Shown piece by piece: positions 42,494-56,660 of a stretch of 64,000 nucleotides of DNA. The notes beneath the pieces are model-generated. The model worked only from the letters and a program-made list of their open reading frames with translations, was not told the origin of the DNA and did no database searches. The translations under genes and the position numbers were made by a program. Position 1 is the first letter of the stretch. Each line of letters opens with the position of its first letter. Source of the stretch: the human T2T-CHM13v2.0 reference genome, Homo sapiens; assembly GCF_009914755.1 (NCBI RefSeq), contig NC_060930.1. One strand, written 5' to 3'.

Positions 42494-44038
42494 TCAACAC
42501 ATGAGTGATTCATGTCCCTGAAGGAGGAAACCAAAAATTAGAATAGAACAAACATTTCAAGAAATAATTAAATTAGGGCCAAATGGAATTCCAGGAGAAA
42601 CTGATGCAAATTGACATACTGGAGATACCTTAGGAGGCCGTGGACTTAAAAAAAAGGCATAATTCCTTGGGAACCCAAGCAAAATGATCTAAGAATAAAA
42701 CATTCCCAATGGCTCCAGGCGGCTTCTCAGTAACTGCATAGACAGAAGGAGGCCTTCAAGAGCAGGGCAAACGTGAGGAAAATCAGAAAGGTTTAAAACA
42801 AAAGAATAAGTAAATTCCTAGCAAATGCAAACAAAAGTAAATCCAAAGGTCCTCATTTTATATCAGGCTTTAAGGCAGAGAGTATGGAACACTTAGACAA
42901 ATATGGGCACTTAAAATAGCAAAGAATACAATCAGCAATGAAGATATCACAAAAGGTCTGTTTACCAAGTAACACAGCATCAATATTAAAAGCAAAAACA
43001 AATGTTTTATATATACATGTAAACAGAAATACAAGGAGAAATAGACACATTAATGAGTAAAGGAAAACTTTGATTATTTTTCTTAATGCATCACAGATCC
43101 ACTAGACTAGAAAACCCCATATTTAATAAGGCATATCTAATTGAGATGTCAATACTGTACCCTTAAAACAGAATATATATTTATTTTCAAGTATCAATAA
43201 AATAGTCACAAAAATTCACCAAAGAAATCATACTAATTTCCAGAGTAGAAATAGTATGCAGTATTCTTTGATCACACTGAAACTAGAAATTAAAAACAAG
43301 AAATCCCTAACTCTCATAAAGGAAGAATAAAACAGTAATAAAACCAATAATGATAATAACAAAGTATATCTCTTGTAAGGTACTATTGAGTGAAAGAGAA
43401 AATAAAAACTGAAACTGGTGGATATCTGAAAAATAAGAATAAGAAATTCTTCAGAGAAACTTGGGAACAAAAGATTGCGGACTTGAGTAATAGTAATAGT
43501 TTTAAATACATGCGTTAATGTCAAAGGGAGATGAAAAGAGGTCAATGATGAATCCAACTCGAAGTAAAAAAACTATTAAAATAAAGAAAGGAGGAGACAA
43601 ATTAGTAAAGATAAGAACAGATACTGCATTAAAAGCAAAATCTGATAGCATTAATACATTTAAAAGCTAGATCTTGATATAAAAAAGGAAATAAAAAAGA
43701 TGAACTGTTGACAAAGTTAAGATAAACATTGAGAATACAAATGCATAAATAGGTAATAATTACAGGTTGGAAGAAATGAAAGAATTGTAACAAATTACTC
43801 GTTTTGGTTCTGTACAAATATTTCGAAACCCTAAAACAGAACAATTTACTAATATTCACCCCAAATAAAAAGGAAACTTTTAATGAGTTGAGTTATTGTA
43901 GGTGAAATATGGAAAGCTATCAAAAGCTACCTTTCAGAAAAAGAATCAGGCCCTGATTATTTCATAGGGAAATTCTATCAAACACTTAAGGAATACATGA
44001 TTCCAACATGATTAAAATATTCTGGAACATATAAGTGT

Positions 44039-44093
44039 GCTGAGATCACGCCATTGCACTCCAGCCTGGGCGACAGAGCGAGACTCTGAAAAA
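44039..44093 (+). mobile_element. Severely 5'-truncated Alu (last ~50 bp)
   Basis: GCTGAGATCACGCCATTGCACTCCAGCCTGGGCGACAGAGCGAGACTCTG followed by a (TA)/(TG) tract. Confidence 0.9.
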
Positions 44094-44155
44094 TATATAT
44101 AATATATATGTGTGTGTGTGTATATATATATATGTGTGTCTGTGTGTATGTATGT

Positions 44156-44494
44156 ATTATTGTATCTGTAGTTTTCTGCTGATATGCTATTTTAGTCAAG
44201 GTTAGCAAAATAATGGTAAATTCATAAAAAATATTTTAGAAACCGTGCTCTTTCCCTCCAGAGATATATATATATATATGTATATCTCGCTATATATGTA
44301 TGTATCCAGTGTTTGATATATATGTAGTGTTCGGTAGTGTTTGATATGTATGTATATCTGGATATAGATATATCTCTCTAGGACATATAGAAGGGGAAAG
44401 GGCATGGTTTCTAAAATATTTTTTATGAATTTACCATTATTTTGCTAACCTTGACCAAAATAGTATACCAGCAGAAAAGTACAAATACAATAAT
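44156..44494. repeat. 101-bp inverted repeat with TA-rich spacer
   Basis: Arms 44156-44256 and 44394-44494 are reverse complements with 7 mismatches. Confidence 0.95.
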
Positions 44495-47189
44495 CTTATA
44501 TAAAATATTAGCAACAAAATTCAGTGGCACCATTAAAGAATAAGATACATAAAATGGAGTTTATTTCAGAAATTCAGGGATGGTTTAATTAGGAAAACTA
44601 ATATAATTTATGACTTTAATAGATTAAAAGAGAAAAATGGTAAGATGATTTCCAAAAGTGCCAATATTCCATGTACATTCCTAATTATAGGAGGAATAAA
44701 GGGATAAACGTATGTCTCAACTCATCTATCTTATCCCAATGCTTGTAAGGAAAATACCGGATATATTTCTATTAAAGTAAGGCACAATAGAAAAGTATAT
44801 CCATCCACCTATCATCACCATTATTTAGCGTTGTATCAAAGGTCTAGCCAAGATTATATGATGAGGGAGAGAGGGAGGGGGAGAGAGAGAAAGAGAGAGA
44901 GCATGCTAAGAGAGGTAGAAGTTGGAAAAGAGAGATAAAATTTTTATTTGCAGATGATATGATTGTTTACTAAACATCCACAAGAACCAACAGGAAAAGT
45001 ACAGGTGAGGTGCTGAATACAAAACTAAAAATATGCAGGGATCAGCAGTCTCTACGTTTATAAACAAAACCAGCTAGAGATAGAGATAGAGTGGAAGAAG
45101 AGGCCTCACAATAGTGAACACAAAGATGAAATGCAAAGGTATAATTTTAAAAGACTTGCATACCTATGTGAAGGATCCCTTAAACTGTACGAAAAGACAC
45201 AAAATCAGTTTTGTACAAATTAAAGTTTACTCTGTTTTAGATAGGAAGACTTATTATCATAAAGCTCTAATTCTCTCTAGGTCAATCTATAAACTTAATG
45301 AGATTTCAATAAAATTACTGATGAGTATTTTCTTTTGGAGCCAGATAAGCTGATTTTAAGGTTTCTGTGGAAAAATAAACGCACAAATTTTAGCCATGAC
45401 ATTTTGAAATAGGAAAATAAAGAGCTGGAATGTTCCATAAATTTAAAATAATGTGATCCACATTATAAAGAGATAAATGAAACAAAAATAAGCCCAGATA
45501 CATTTTGTACATTATAAAGGTGGGATTTCAAATGAGGAGGAAAATGTTGATATCCAGTAAAATCAGGGGGAAATGTTGAAGGAATTGTGTCCCAATATCT
45601 GGAAGAAATTAGATTTCCCGTTTTATATCAAACAAGTTCCTAATTAAAAAACTAAATGTGTAATAATAAAATTATAAGAATTATTGGAAGAAAATATAGG
45701 ATAATCCTTACAAAATATTATTGGGACAGGGAAATGAAAAAAATGGACTGATGAGTTTAATTACATAAAACTAAAGAAAATGGTGCATGGCAAAAGTATA
45801 GCAAATGGAGTTAAAGGAAAATGAAAAAGAAAAAATTATTGCAACTTATTTCACAAACAGCTTAATTTCTTTAACATATAAAGAGCTTCTATAAATCTGT
45901 AAGAAAGTTGCCAATGATGCACTGGGAAATGGGCCAAAGGTATGATCTGTCACAGTGAGAAAAAGATCATGTGGCTCTTCACCACAGGAAAAGATGTCCA
46001 ACCTCCCTCATAGTAAGACATAGTCAAATTAAATCTAAGATAACATTTTTTACCTACAAACTGCAATGCCCAAAAAGTTCGGTATTGCAAGAGTTTTGCA
46101 ATGATGTAGAGAGAGACAGGCACTAATTGCTTTGGTGAATACACATTTTTCAATCTTTATAGAGAACAAGTAGGTAACATTTTGTCAAAATTACAAACTA
46201 TGCATACCTTTCTAGGAACTGAGAGTTCAGCAATTGCATGTTCCAAGAATTTACCCACACACATTCTCATACTTATGCAAAACAACACACGTGCAAAGAT
46301 ATTTATTGCAGCACTTTTTTATGGTAGCAAAAGAGTGTCATTAGACTAGAAGTCCATCAATAGGAAAATAGGAAACTGGTTAAATAAATTATGATATATC
46401 CACAGAAGAGAAAATTAAGCATCTGCTAAAAAGAATGAAGCAGCTCTGTATGTACTGATGGCGAATGATCTCCAAGAAATATTATATGAAAAAGGCAACA
46501 AAGCAGTATGATTAGTGTGTTACCATCTGTGTAAGAAAATATTTGTTTCTGGAGGGGTGGGGGTAGGGAAAGAGGGAGAGAAAGAGAGAGAGAGACAGAG
46601 ACAGAGAGAATATCTATTTGAAGTGCTTCATAAGAAACTTGAAGAAACTGTGGGGTGGGGGTGGTCTAGGCAGGGAAGGGAGGATTATTTTCCATTGACT
46701 CCAACCTTGTACTTTTAGAATTCTGAAGCAGGTGCGCACATTACCCACTGACCGTAGTTACAAAATAAAAGTCTAGGAATAGCTATTTCATAATATCTCT
46801 TGACCATTCCCAGATTTAAAAAAGCCTCTATCATATTTAAAAAACATGCCATAATGGTGACCAGTGTCTTTGTGTCTGACCCTCTGTAGACGAAGTGTCA
46901 GCACACCTGAACGATGCACACCTGAACCGATTATTTCTTTCTGGAAAACTCCTTCAGTTTCTCCTTAACATAGAAGAGAGTTCTAACAACGGAGTGTGCA
47001 ATCCCAGGACTGCACACCCTGCCCTTGGCTCCAGTCTCCAATCTCATCTGCTAACTCTCCCTGCTCCTTCATGCTCCAACTTCTAGCCGAGGGGACGACT
47101 TCCCAGCTCCGTGGTCATTCCAGTCTCTCTTTCATGCACAGTCTGCATCTTTTGCCCAGGAACTCTTCCTCCCTTTTCTTTATGTAGCT

Positions 47190-48605
47190 ACTGTCAAAAC
47201 TGACCTTGAAGACCTAGCTTGGGCATTTTAGTGCCTGGGACCTTCTGATCCTGTGCCCCATGCGCCCATGGCCTTTGTGCTGTGTTGACCTCAGGACTCT
47301 GCACATTGTCATGGTTGTTGCTCTCCTTGCCTGGACTCTCTCTAGACGGGGGACTCCTTAAGGACAGGGACTATGCCGTACTTATCTTTGTATCTGCAGG
47401 CCCTTGCACAGAGTAGGCATTGGCTACACAGGTGCTCATAAAATGACAAGTGGCTCTGCAGGATGCAGTGGGGACATTTTGATTATCACTGGAGGGAATG
47501 TGTGGGCTTTGATAGAGGAAGAGCCACTCTACCTATAAGTCCATCCTTGGTGGCTGTGAACCCAGAACGGCGATGGCTCTTGCTCTTGGGTCCCTTGTTT
47601 TTCCTTCTCGAGGCTGGTGCGGCCTGAAAAAGCAAGAGTTCCCTTGGAGTAGTCCCGAGTATGGGTCTGGAGTTCCTTGTGGAGGTGATGCTTGAATTCA
47701 GTTTCTTCTGCTTGCTCCCACAATGCCCCATCCATACCTATCCCTTACTAAACTCACACTTGGTGGCCCAGGATCTCAAAGTGTACTTCCTTCCTGCGCT
47801 CACCTGCCACCCAGAAACTTGTTGTTGTGGGCTTTTCCTGAACTTCAGGACCACCGATACCATCCTCTCCGATTCTCTTTGCTTATTTCATAAAAATATA
47901 TGGCATTCCAGAGTCCCTGCCCTCTTCTCCCCAGTCAACCATGCTCCAAATGCAGTTGCCTACCTCCTGGTTACTCTGAAATCTGCCTGTTTCTGTCCAG
48001 TTTTCTGTCCAGTCCCACTGCTGAGATCATCTTTGCTGCATTGGCTGGAGTTACCTCCTCACCCTGCACTTCTGTCCTCCAGTCTATTCTCCACTTGGCG
48101 TCTGGATTCATCTTTCTGAAAGGTGACCCTCAGCATGTCATTCTCCTGGTTAAAACCCTCCAAGAGGATTAGGATAAATGTCAGACTCATTAGGATGACT
48201 TTGCGTTTCCTGCACAGTCTGGCAGTTTCTCACCTGCCCAAGCTCATCACTGGTTGTCACTATTTCAGTCTCAGTTCCTTGAAGATTCCTACAGTTCTCC
48301 CACAGGTCCTGGGGGCTCTCAGCACGTCCTCTTACCCGGCCTTCATGTTGTTTCCCTTAGAAGGCCTTGCTGAATCCCACATACATGGGCTCAGTTCCCC
48401 TTCTCATTTCTCTGTCTGCATCCTCTTCTGCTGCTGTCTCCACACTTGTCATCCTTTGTTGTAATCATCTCTTTAAATATCATAGGTTCAGTGAGGGCAG
48501 GGGTGATACAATGTGCGTTTTGGTCTGATTGCATTTCTAGTTGTTAGCAGAGTCTGGCATAGAGCAGGGGGTCCACTGATCTTTGCTGAATTAATCAGTA
48601 AATGA
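47190..48605 (+). mobile_element. Degenerate L2 fragments
   Basis: CTCCTTAAGGACAGGGACT..TTATCTTTGTATC (47355); CATGTCATTCTCCTGGTTAAAACCCTCCAA (48135); AGAGTCTGGCATAGAGCAGG..TGCTGAATTAAT (48550). Confidence 0.65.
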
Positions 48606-49119
48606 AAGTGCAAAATGTCCCCAGCTAGACCAGGGAAGTAATGAAAATGTTGGGATCCTTGACGCCGACATTGGTGGAAGCGGTGGAGTAGAAGGGTCGG
48701 GAAGGGAGATGATTTGGGAAGGAGTGGAGAAGGTCTTTCTCCTTTCCTGCTAATTACCTTGTCCATGGCTGCCTATGAGTATTTACTTAAGCTGACTTCC
48801 CTCTAAATTTTATACATTATATGTAACATTATATATATATATATAAAAATCTTATTATATGATAACATATCATTATAATTTATAGCTGCCATTATAGTAT
48901 TATAATAACGTTAAAGAAAGTTTTAAGCAGAAACACATTTTATCCACAATTTCACCAATGTATCTACTGTTTTCATCATTGCATTTTCTTTGCATTCTTT
49001 GCTCATATTTATGCTTGTTCTTATGTAGCCATAATCATGATTTATATTCTCTTTGTTTACTTCCTATTTCACTGTAAGATATTCTCCCTACATTGTGTAT
49101 TTCTGAAGACAGCGAGCAG

Positions 49120-49290
49120 CTTGGGTCTTAGCTTTCTCTGTTCCAAGTTAAATAAGCTTAAATCCTCCAGCATTTTCTCAAGGGTCTTAGTTTCCACTCA
49201 CTTAGCCGTTGTAGCTGCGCATCTCTGGATCCTTTCCAGACACAACACATTCCTCAAAATGAAGAAACCGAAGCTACACCCTAGTACATG
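49120..49290 (-). mobile_element. CR1/L3 LINE fragment
   Basis: Minus-strand translation gives ..LERIQRCA..LEKMLEDLSLFNLEQRKLR, resembling the CR1 ORF2 C-terminal LERVQRRA..ERLKELGLFSLEKRRLR. Confidence 0.75.
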
Positions 49291-50164
49291 CTGATCCCTT
49301 GTTTTTCATCTTTGCAGAATAATCTGTATTGTTCAGCTGTCATTTCATTGCAGGCTGCGCCCTATTTTAAGAAAATGGGTTACTTGAAAAATCCACATTT
49401 ACAATACAGATTAACTGGAGAGCAATTATTATTCACAAAGGGTTCTTTGTCTTTAAAAAGATTTACTGTAATATATCTTTAAATAGCAAAATTTCTGGCA
49501 CATGTGAAGCAGGTTTGATTGAGAACAGCATGATTTACATATGACTTTTGGGGAACAAAGCTACTATGTAAAATGAGGTGCACTTACTCTGTCAGGGGCA
49601 AATGTCCACATCATTCTGCCAATGCCCAAGGGCCCTACATTTCTGATCTCTGAGTTGGGCCTTTAAACCTAATTTGTAGGCTTTGGTTGTCCTTATTTCA
49701 GACCAACTATGGGACAAAATTTAGTGCCTCATGTAGGGCTTGGCTGGTTTCATGTTGTTGTTCATTAGACACAAAAATAAATGTATCTTGAAATTTTCAT
49801 TTAGCATTAGGGGAAGTTAATAGACTCCTTCAGTCTCTCATAGGGCTATTTAATGAACTGAACTATAAGAGTCTGTTATGTTTGTTATAGTTATATTGGC
49901 TAATAATATGCCTTCTATTTGTTCAGTATGCAAAATTATTATTTATTATAAGTCCTCACCGCTTTTCACCCTCCATTTAACTCCAGTGCTTAGGAGACAA
50001 TAGACATTTCACATGAAAACTTATTGTTGCTTTGACTAATAAATATTATAATACTACTTTTTAAAAGAACTTAGCTTCTAGAATTTCTGAAGACTGAAGC
50101 AAACTTGCATCATGGGGAAAAGACTTATAGATCATGGGTGTCTTTTTTTGGTGAATTTGATGAA

Positions 50165-51458
50165 AAAGAAGGTGAAAAGACAACTCACAGACTAAGAAAA
50201 TTATTGTAGTTATATTATTCAGTATTCAGGATCTAGTATACAGAACTTACAAAGAATCCTTACATTTAAAGTATAAAAAGACATAACCCAATTAAAAGTG
50301 GGCAAAAGATTTGAGTAGATATTTCTCCAAACATGATATATAAATGGCCAAAAAGCTCATGAAAAGAGCTCATGAAAATTGCAGTGACACACCATGTCAC
50401 ACCTACTTAGTTGCCAATAACAATAGTAATAATAATAATAATCAGATAATAACAAGTGCTGGTAAGCATGTAGAGAAATGGAAACCTTCTTCCATTTATG
50501 TGGGAACGTAAAACAGTTCAGCCATTGTGGAAAAGTTTGTCAGTTCCTCAAAAAGTTAAACAGAATTACCATATGACCCAGAAATTTCACTCCTAGATAT
50601 ATCCAAGAGATTTAAAAACATGTCCACACAAAAACTTGTACACAAATGTTTATAGCAGCATTATTCAAAATAGCAAAAATGCAGTAACAGCCCGAAGGCC
50701 CATCAGCTGATGAATGGATAAACAAAATGTGGTTTATCCATTTATCCCTACAATGGAATATTATCCAGCCATAAAAAGAAATGGAGTTCTGATGCATGCT
50801 GAGACGTGCTTGAACCCTGAAAACATTAAGGTGCATGAACAAAGCCAGGCACAAATGACCACGTATTTTATGAATCCATTTACAGTCATGCGCTGCATAA
50901 CGACATTTTGGTCAACAACAGGCTGAGTGTATAACGGTGGTCCCATAAGATTATGACACTGTATTTTTCTTTACATTTACTGTGGTTAGATATATAGATA
51001 CCACTGTGTTACAATGGTTTACAGTATTCAGTACAGTAACATGCTGCACAGGTTTGTAGCCTAGGAGCAATAGGCTGTACCATGTAGCCTAGGTGTATAG
51101 TAGGCTGCACTATCTGGGTTGTGTAAGTGCACTCTATGATGTTTGCACAGCAACAAAACTGCCTAACAACATGTTCCTCATAACATATTCCCATTGTTAA
51201 GCAATGCGTGACTGTATAGGATATATCCAGAACATGGAAATCCATAGAGACAGAAATAGATTAATGGTTGCCAGGGGATGGGGGTGAAAACGGGAATTGG
51301 AACGAACTGCAAATAAGTCAGGGGTTTCTTTCTGGAGTGATGGAAATGTAGAATTAGATAGTAGTGTGGTCACACAGCATAGTGAATATATTAAAAATGA
51401 CAATTTGTACACTTAAATAGTTTTATGTTATATGAATTATATCTCAATTTTTAAAAAA
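50165..51458 (+). mobile_element. L1MB-type 3' end, split by Tigger3a
   Basis: CCCAATTAAAAGTGGGCAAAAGATTTGA..AGAATTACCATATGACCCAG..GTCCACACAAAAACTTGTACAC..ATCCATAGAGACAGAAA..GAATTATATCTCAAT. Confidence 0.9.
50883..51214 (-). mobile_element. Tigger3a (TcMar MITE)
   Basis: TIRs CAGTCATGCG..CATAAC / GTTAAG..GCGTGACTG with TA target duplication on both sides. Confidence 0.9.
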
Positions 51459-53212
51459 GGTTGAGTTGATAAGACTCTTGTTAAAGACACTTGTGGGTGC
51501 TGTAAACAGAGCACTGAAAGAAAAAGTGCCGTGTAAGAGCTAAGAAACTAAAGGAAAAAAGCGAAATGATTCTCTACTCAAACGTGTACAATTCCCATTT
51601 AAACCAGAAGTTGAAGAAGGATCAAGGCTAATCGTCAAGGTCTAATAGAAAAAAAACTCATTATACCTTGTACCAATTCTCATAACACCCCTATCTTCCT
51701 AGTAAAACAATACAAGCAACAACAAACAGAAACAAAACCAAATACAAACAAACCAAGACATAACAATACTGGGCAGGGATGCAGATTTGTTTAGGACCTC
51801 AGGACCATAAATAGAATAGTCGGTCCCTCCTTCCCTGTAGAACAAAACTCAAATGCTAATTCTGTCTTTGGTGCCTCCTGAGAATGCATATTTTATATTT
51901 GTGTATTATGTTTTGCTTTCTTTCATGTTCCTTTATATCAACATAGCAAATATTTGCTTTCTCCTGGGAAAATTAGTGGAATCTTTAGTTTGTTATGCTC
52001 CAAGGATTACTAAGGCATTGCTTACTTTTCCTTCACTGTGACCTCAAGGACTCTAAATTTCCCTGTGATTCTATTGTTATCCAATATGTAGGTGACCTTT
52101 TGTTGTGTTCAAAAGATGAGGTAAGCTTTAAGACAGATTGCATCTCTACTTACTGTTTTAGTTCAGAAGGAGCAGCAGGTTTCCAAAGAGAAGCTACAAT
52201 TTTGTCACAGCAAACTTCATTATCTAGGGCATGCTTTATCCGAAGCAGATAAATCTCTTACTTAGCACAGACTACAGAGCCTTCAAAATTTGCCCAGGCT
52301 AGTAACTAAGAGACAATGAAGAAGTTTCTGGGTCTCACTTGTTACTGCAGACAGTGGGTTCCTAACTTTTCTGCAATTGTCACACCACTCTATGACTTAA
52401 CCAAATTCTTGGTGACCAGACATCCTTCCCAGAAGCCTAGACATGAACAAGTTTTCTTTCTGTGAGTTCAAGTTAGCCATTTAACAACTCCCACCCTGCT
52501 CACCTAATCCTCTCTGCATATTTTTTATGTAAGAGACAAGCCCTTTGTGCTCTGACTCAGCCTGGGAAATCATCAAGACCAAGAGCTGTTATGACTCAGT
52601 GGCAAAAACCTGTGCATATAGTCAATGAGCAACAGCCGCAGTAGCTAAGCTAGTGGAGGCTTTGCTGACTTGATGTTGGGGTGTCCTGTGATTTTTTTGG
52701 TCAATCATGTTGCAGAATCTTTGTTGCTCATTAAAAACTCACAACATTTCTTAGCAAGTAGGCTTACCTCCCATGACATCCTATGACTTTACCCCTCATA
52801 TACTTAATATTCACGAATCTGTTAAATTCTACTACTCTTCTTCCATTTCCTCGAAAAAGGGGAAACCCCAACCTCTGCTTGTGAACTATCCATATTCCTA
52901 ATAAATTTACTAGAAGCCCCTTTAAAAAATGCAAACTGATTGTTGATGGGTCATGGATTAAGACTGAAACAGGACAATATTAGGTAAGTTAAACTGAAAC
53001 AAATCTCATTTCATCCCGGGCAAAAAAATGCCTTACCAGAGCCAAAATCTACCCAGACTGGAGGAAGAGATAAAAAACAGTTAATATGTACACTAGTAGT
53101 AGTTATGCTTTTAGGGAAGTCCTTGGTCTTGGAATGCTTTGGAAACAAAGAGAGCTTTTGACTTCAGTAGGAGCCCCAATTAAGAATGTTCAGCAAATTA
53201 AAGAATGTTTGA

Positions 53213-53504
53213 GGCTGGGCCTGGTGGCTCACGCCTATAATCCCAGCACTTTGGGAGGCTGAGGTGGGCAGATCACGAGGTCAGCAGTTCGAGACCAGCC
53301 TGGCCAACATGGTGAAACCCGGTCTCTACTAAAAATACAAAAATTAGCCAGGCTTGGTGGCGCCCGCCTGTAATGCCAGCTACTCAGGAGGCTGAGGTAG
53401 GAGAATAGCTTGAATCCGGGAGGCCAAGGTTGCAGTGAGCCGAGATCCTGCCACTGCACTGCAGCCTGGGACAGAGCGAGACTTTGTCTAAAACAAACAA
53501 ACAA
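53213..53504 (+). mobile_element. AluSg-like in ERV pol, (CAAA)n tail
   Basis: TSD AAAGAATGTTTGA at 53200 and 53505. Confidence 0.94.
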
Positions 53505-53589
53505 AAAGAATGTTTGAGTGCTCTAAGGCTACTATAAACGAAGATCAAGTTCATACAAAATGGAATAGTCTGGAGGCTCAAGGCTGATG

Positions 53590-53911
53590 GTGGGGGATTG
53601 GTTCCAGAACCCCCATGAGTACCCACATCCATAGCTACTCAAGTCCCTTAAATAAAATGGTGTAACATGAATATAACCTCTGCTCACCCTGTCATATCCT
53701 TTAAGTCATCTTTAGATTACTTATAATACCCTAATATAATGTCAATGCCATATAAATAGGTGTTATGCTGTATTGTTTAGGGAATAATCACAGGAAAAAA
53801 AGTCTGTACATGTTCAGTACAGATGCAACCATTTGTGTCTTTTCCTTGATATATTCATCCCCAGTTGGCTGAATCTCCAGAGAAAGAACCCATGGATACA
53901 AAGGGCTGACT
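53590..53911 (+). mobile_element. MER2 (TcMar-Tigger), 5' TIR missing
   Basis: GTGGGGGATTGGTTCCAG..CTCAAGTCCCT..TAGATTACTTATAATACC..GAACCCATGGATAC..AGGGCTGACT. Confidence 0.9.
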
Positions 53912-55299
53912 ATATTATGGCAGACAAGCAGCCCCCCATTGAGATCCTAACCTTCATAGTACACCAAGAGACTAAATCTTTGGAAAGGTTCAAAGACATT
54001 ATTATAGAATGCAAGAGATTAGCTCCAAAGTACAAACAAAAAACAAAAAACCTCAAATGGATGCTTAGAAAATTTTTTGCAAAAAATTACTCACTGCAGG
54101 AAGGAAAAATGGCCAACACAGTCAACATCAATGGGGAAATTTTGCTAAAATTGTTAAGGTTGTGTGTGCATGGGGGTCTGTGCTGCATGTCTCCATCTGA
54201 CCAGCAGAACACTGTTAAAATGGTAAAAGTGGGTGAAGGTGGAACATGGGCAAGAGCCCAACCCTCAGCACCCGTTTGCTTATCTCCAAGTGGATTTCAT
54301 TTAACTACCCTCTTCATTGGGTTTTGGATATGTCTTGAAAATTGTCTGCATATTTTTAAGATGGACTGATGCCTTTCTTTGCTGAAATGCTACAACTCTC
54401 ATAATAGCAAAAAATTACTTGATTTTGTGTTCCTAATCTTGGAGATTATGACCAATCTCTTAAGTAACAAGGGACTCCACTTTATTGGGACTGGTACCAA
54501 AGAGCTTCTCAAAGCCAAGGCCCTTACTCAGAAACTTTACTGTCTACATCATTTCCAATCTCCAGGAAAGGAAGAAAGAACAAGAAAAATTCTAAAACTC
54601 AAATTACAAAATTTTCAGGGATTCTAGAAATTGTAGGACCCAAGGTATTACCATTGGCTTTAGTGACAAGGTCAACTGTTTCTAGGACTCATTGATTCTA
54701 CATGGATTCGTGACAGGTAGGCTCATATATCTGTGATACCACTTCCAATCCTAGACACCACACAATTGCAGATAGACATGGTCAAATATTGCTGGAACTT
54801 TTGCAGTATGTCCCATTGTATCAATAAGTGCAAACAGCATTTTCTCAACGTCCTTCTAAACAATCTTTATGTTACTTAGAACTTAAATACCTGCTCTTCT
54901 GAAAGAGACACCAGAGAAAGACAGCTTCCAAGTCCCAATGGAAAGGATATTATCAAAGGCTATTAACAACTATCACAGTAGTAAAATTCCAAGAGGTCAA
55001 TTATTGGATTCATGTTTTTCAATTATAGAGCAAAAAACTGTCTTCAACTCACTAGAAGACTTTCTTTATTAAAGATCTCAAGTCGAAGCTTCTTAGAACC
55101 CCCCAGAAGCAGATAATCTTCAGAAAGAGACAGCTTCTACCTAAGAACTTTGAACTAAGTTAATGACTACATGAGATGTGGACAGCTTGTACCTGAGGTC
55201 CACAGAATGGGACTACAGATATTCATGCTTCAATTTGCATTCTTTCATTCTTTATTCTTGTAGCTATGGTCTTCTTTTGTTAGTTATGTGTAACCTATG

Positions 55300-56660
55300 T
55301 TACACATAAGACCCAGTTCTTAACATTGTTCCTTGCATTCTTATTTACTCCTTTGTATGGGTACCACATCTGGCTACAATTTACTTGTGAGCTGGCTAAA
55401 GCGTACAACTAAACTGACTGTTGGATTTTTATGCATTTTTCTTTGGAGCTATTCAGTTTCCCTTAGTTCCAGCTTCTTGTAATTAATCAGTTGATCTTAT
55501 GGGTCTCACTAATTAATGAAATAACTGGACTCAACCATTAGGAGATTTTATTTTAGTTGTCAAACACAACAAAAACTAGAAATCTAAACAAACCTTATCT
55601 TCTCGTACTGGAAAAGGAAGTTCATGTCACCACCAGAACAATACTTGGGGATCTTTCATGGGAGCTAGCTTTGGTAACCGAATTCTCACAGAAATATAAT
55701 ACAGAAGAGAATTAAGGAGTACAAGGTGGGTATCCCTTTTACGAATCTTACAAGTAAGACACATCACTTTTAGTTTGCTTTAGAATTACCTACTCATTTA
55801 GATACTAAAAAATTTATTGCCTAGCAGTGAACTGTTATTAAGCGGCACTAAAACATCCCAACACTATTTAACAATCCTGTAGAATGTTTTTGCCAAAAAT
55901 ATATCATTCCCCCCATTGACTGGTATTGGATTTATGGCACAAAACATGCTGACTATTAAACAGAAACTGGATTGGAACTTGCTACTTTGGTAAACTGGTG
56001 CTTGTCATCAGAATAGTTGATGAGAACTGAATATTCATTTTGATCCATTCATTTCTCTTCTGGGAGAGTAGATCATTTGATAAGGAGAAAAACTGGACCT
56101 TGATTTAAGAATAAAAACTAATAAATTTTCTCTTTTCGTCTTAACTTTATGTTTTACAAGAGACCCAGAAATTAAGGAAAGTCTTTCATGCCATGGTTTA
56201 GAGACTAGCAACCATTCCCAGTAAAATGGAATTCCCTGTTACTTAAGATATTGGTCATAGTCCCTCGAGGATCTAGAAAGGCTTTATGAGGAAGTTAATG
56301 AAATAGGTCAGAGAATAAGAATGTTGTACTTATATGGTGAAGACCTTGCTGGAATCTTTAATATTAAGAACATGTGTGGAAAATAAACACATCAATCATA
56401 ACATTACTTAATTTTGTTAATAACCCTGTATTTGGTTTTGCCAGCTCTTCAGATGGAGAATGGGATCTCCTCTCTTCCTTTACTTAAGTCACTCTTAGCT
56501 CCTTGCTGAGAAGCAGACTACAAATCTCATCACAACCCTTCTCTTAGTGTTGGTCTGTCCTGCGGAGTGCAGATGTGTGATCTCCAGAGACTTAAATGTT
56601 GTTGTGTAGCCACTGCCCTTAAAATAATCCAACAAATAATCATCCAGCAAAAAGATCAGG
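55300..56660 (+). pseudogene. Decayed ERV env remnant
   Basis: Follows integrase; TDCWI (55413) resembles the gamma-type SU CWxC start and WYWIYG (55921) a further SU motif; no open frame. Confidence 0.55.

Larger units (their letters stand above)
51570..55100 (+). pseudogene. Decayed class I (gamma-like) ERV pol: RT, RNase H, integrase
   Basis: QFPFKPE (51589), NTPIFLVK, RFV*DLRTIN, IQYVGDLLLCS (YVDD remnant, 52085), FLGLTCYCRQWVPNF (52325), VDGS (52942), NMYTSSSYAF (53083), HFQSPGKEERT (~54550), WKG (54939), WIH (55005); many stops and frameshifts. Confidence 0.9.

Noticed and set aside
53833-54627. 178-aa and 82-aa ORFs in the ERV region as an intact integrase
   Set aside because: The first starts inside MER2, the frames shift between motifs and catalytic residues are degenerate; treated as pseudogene
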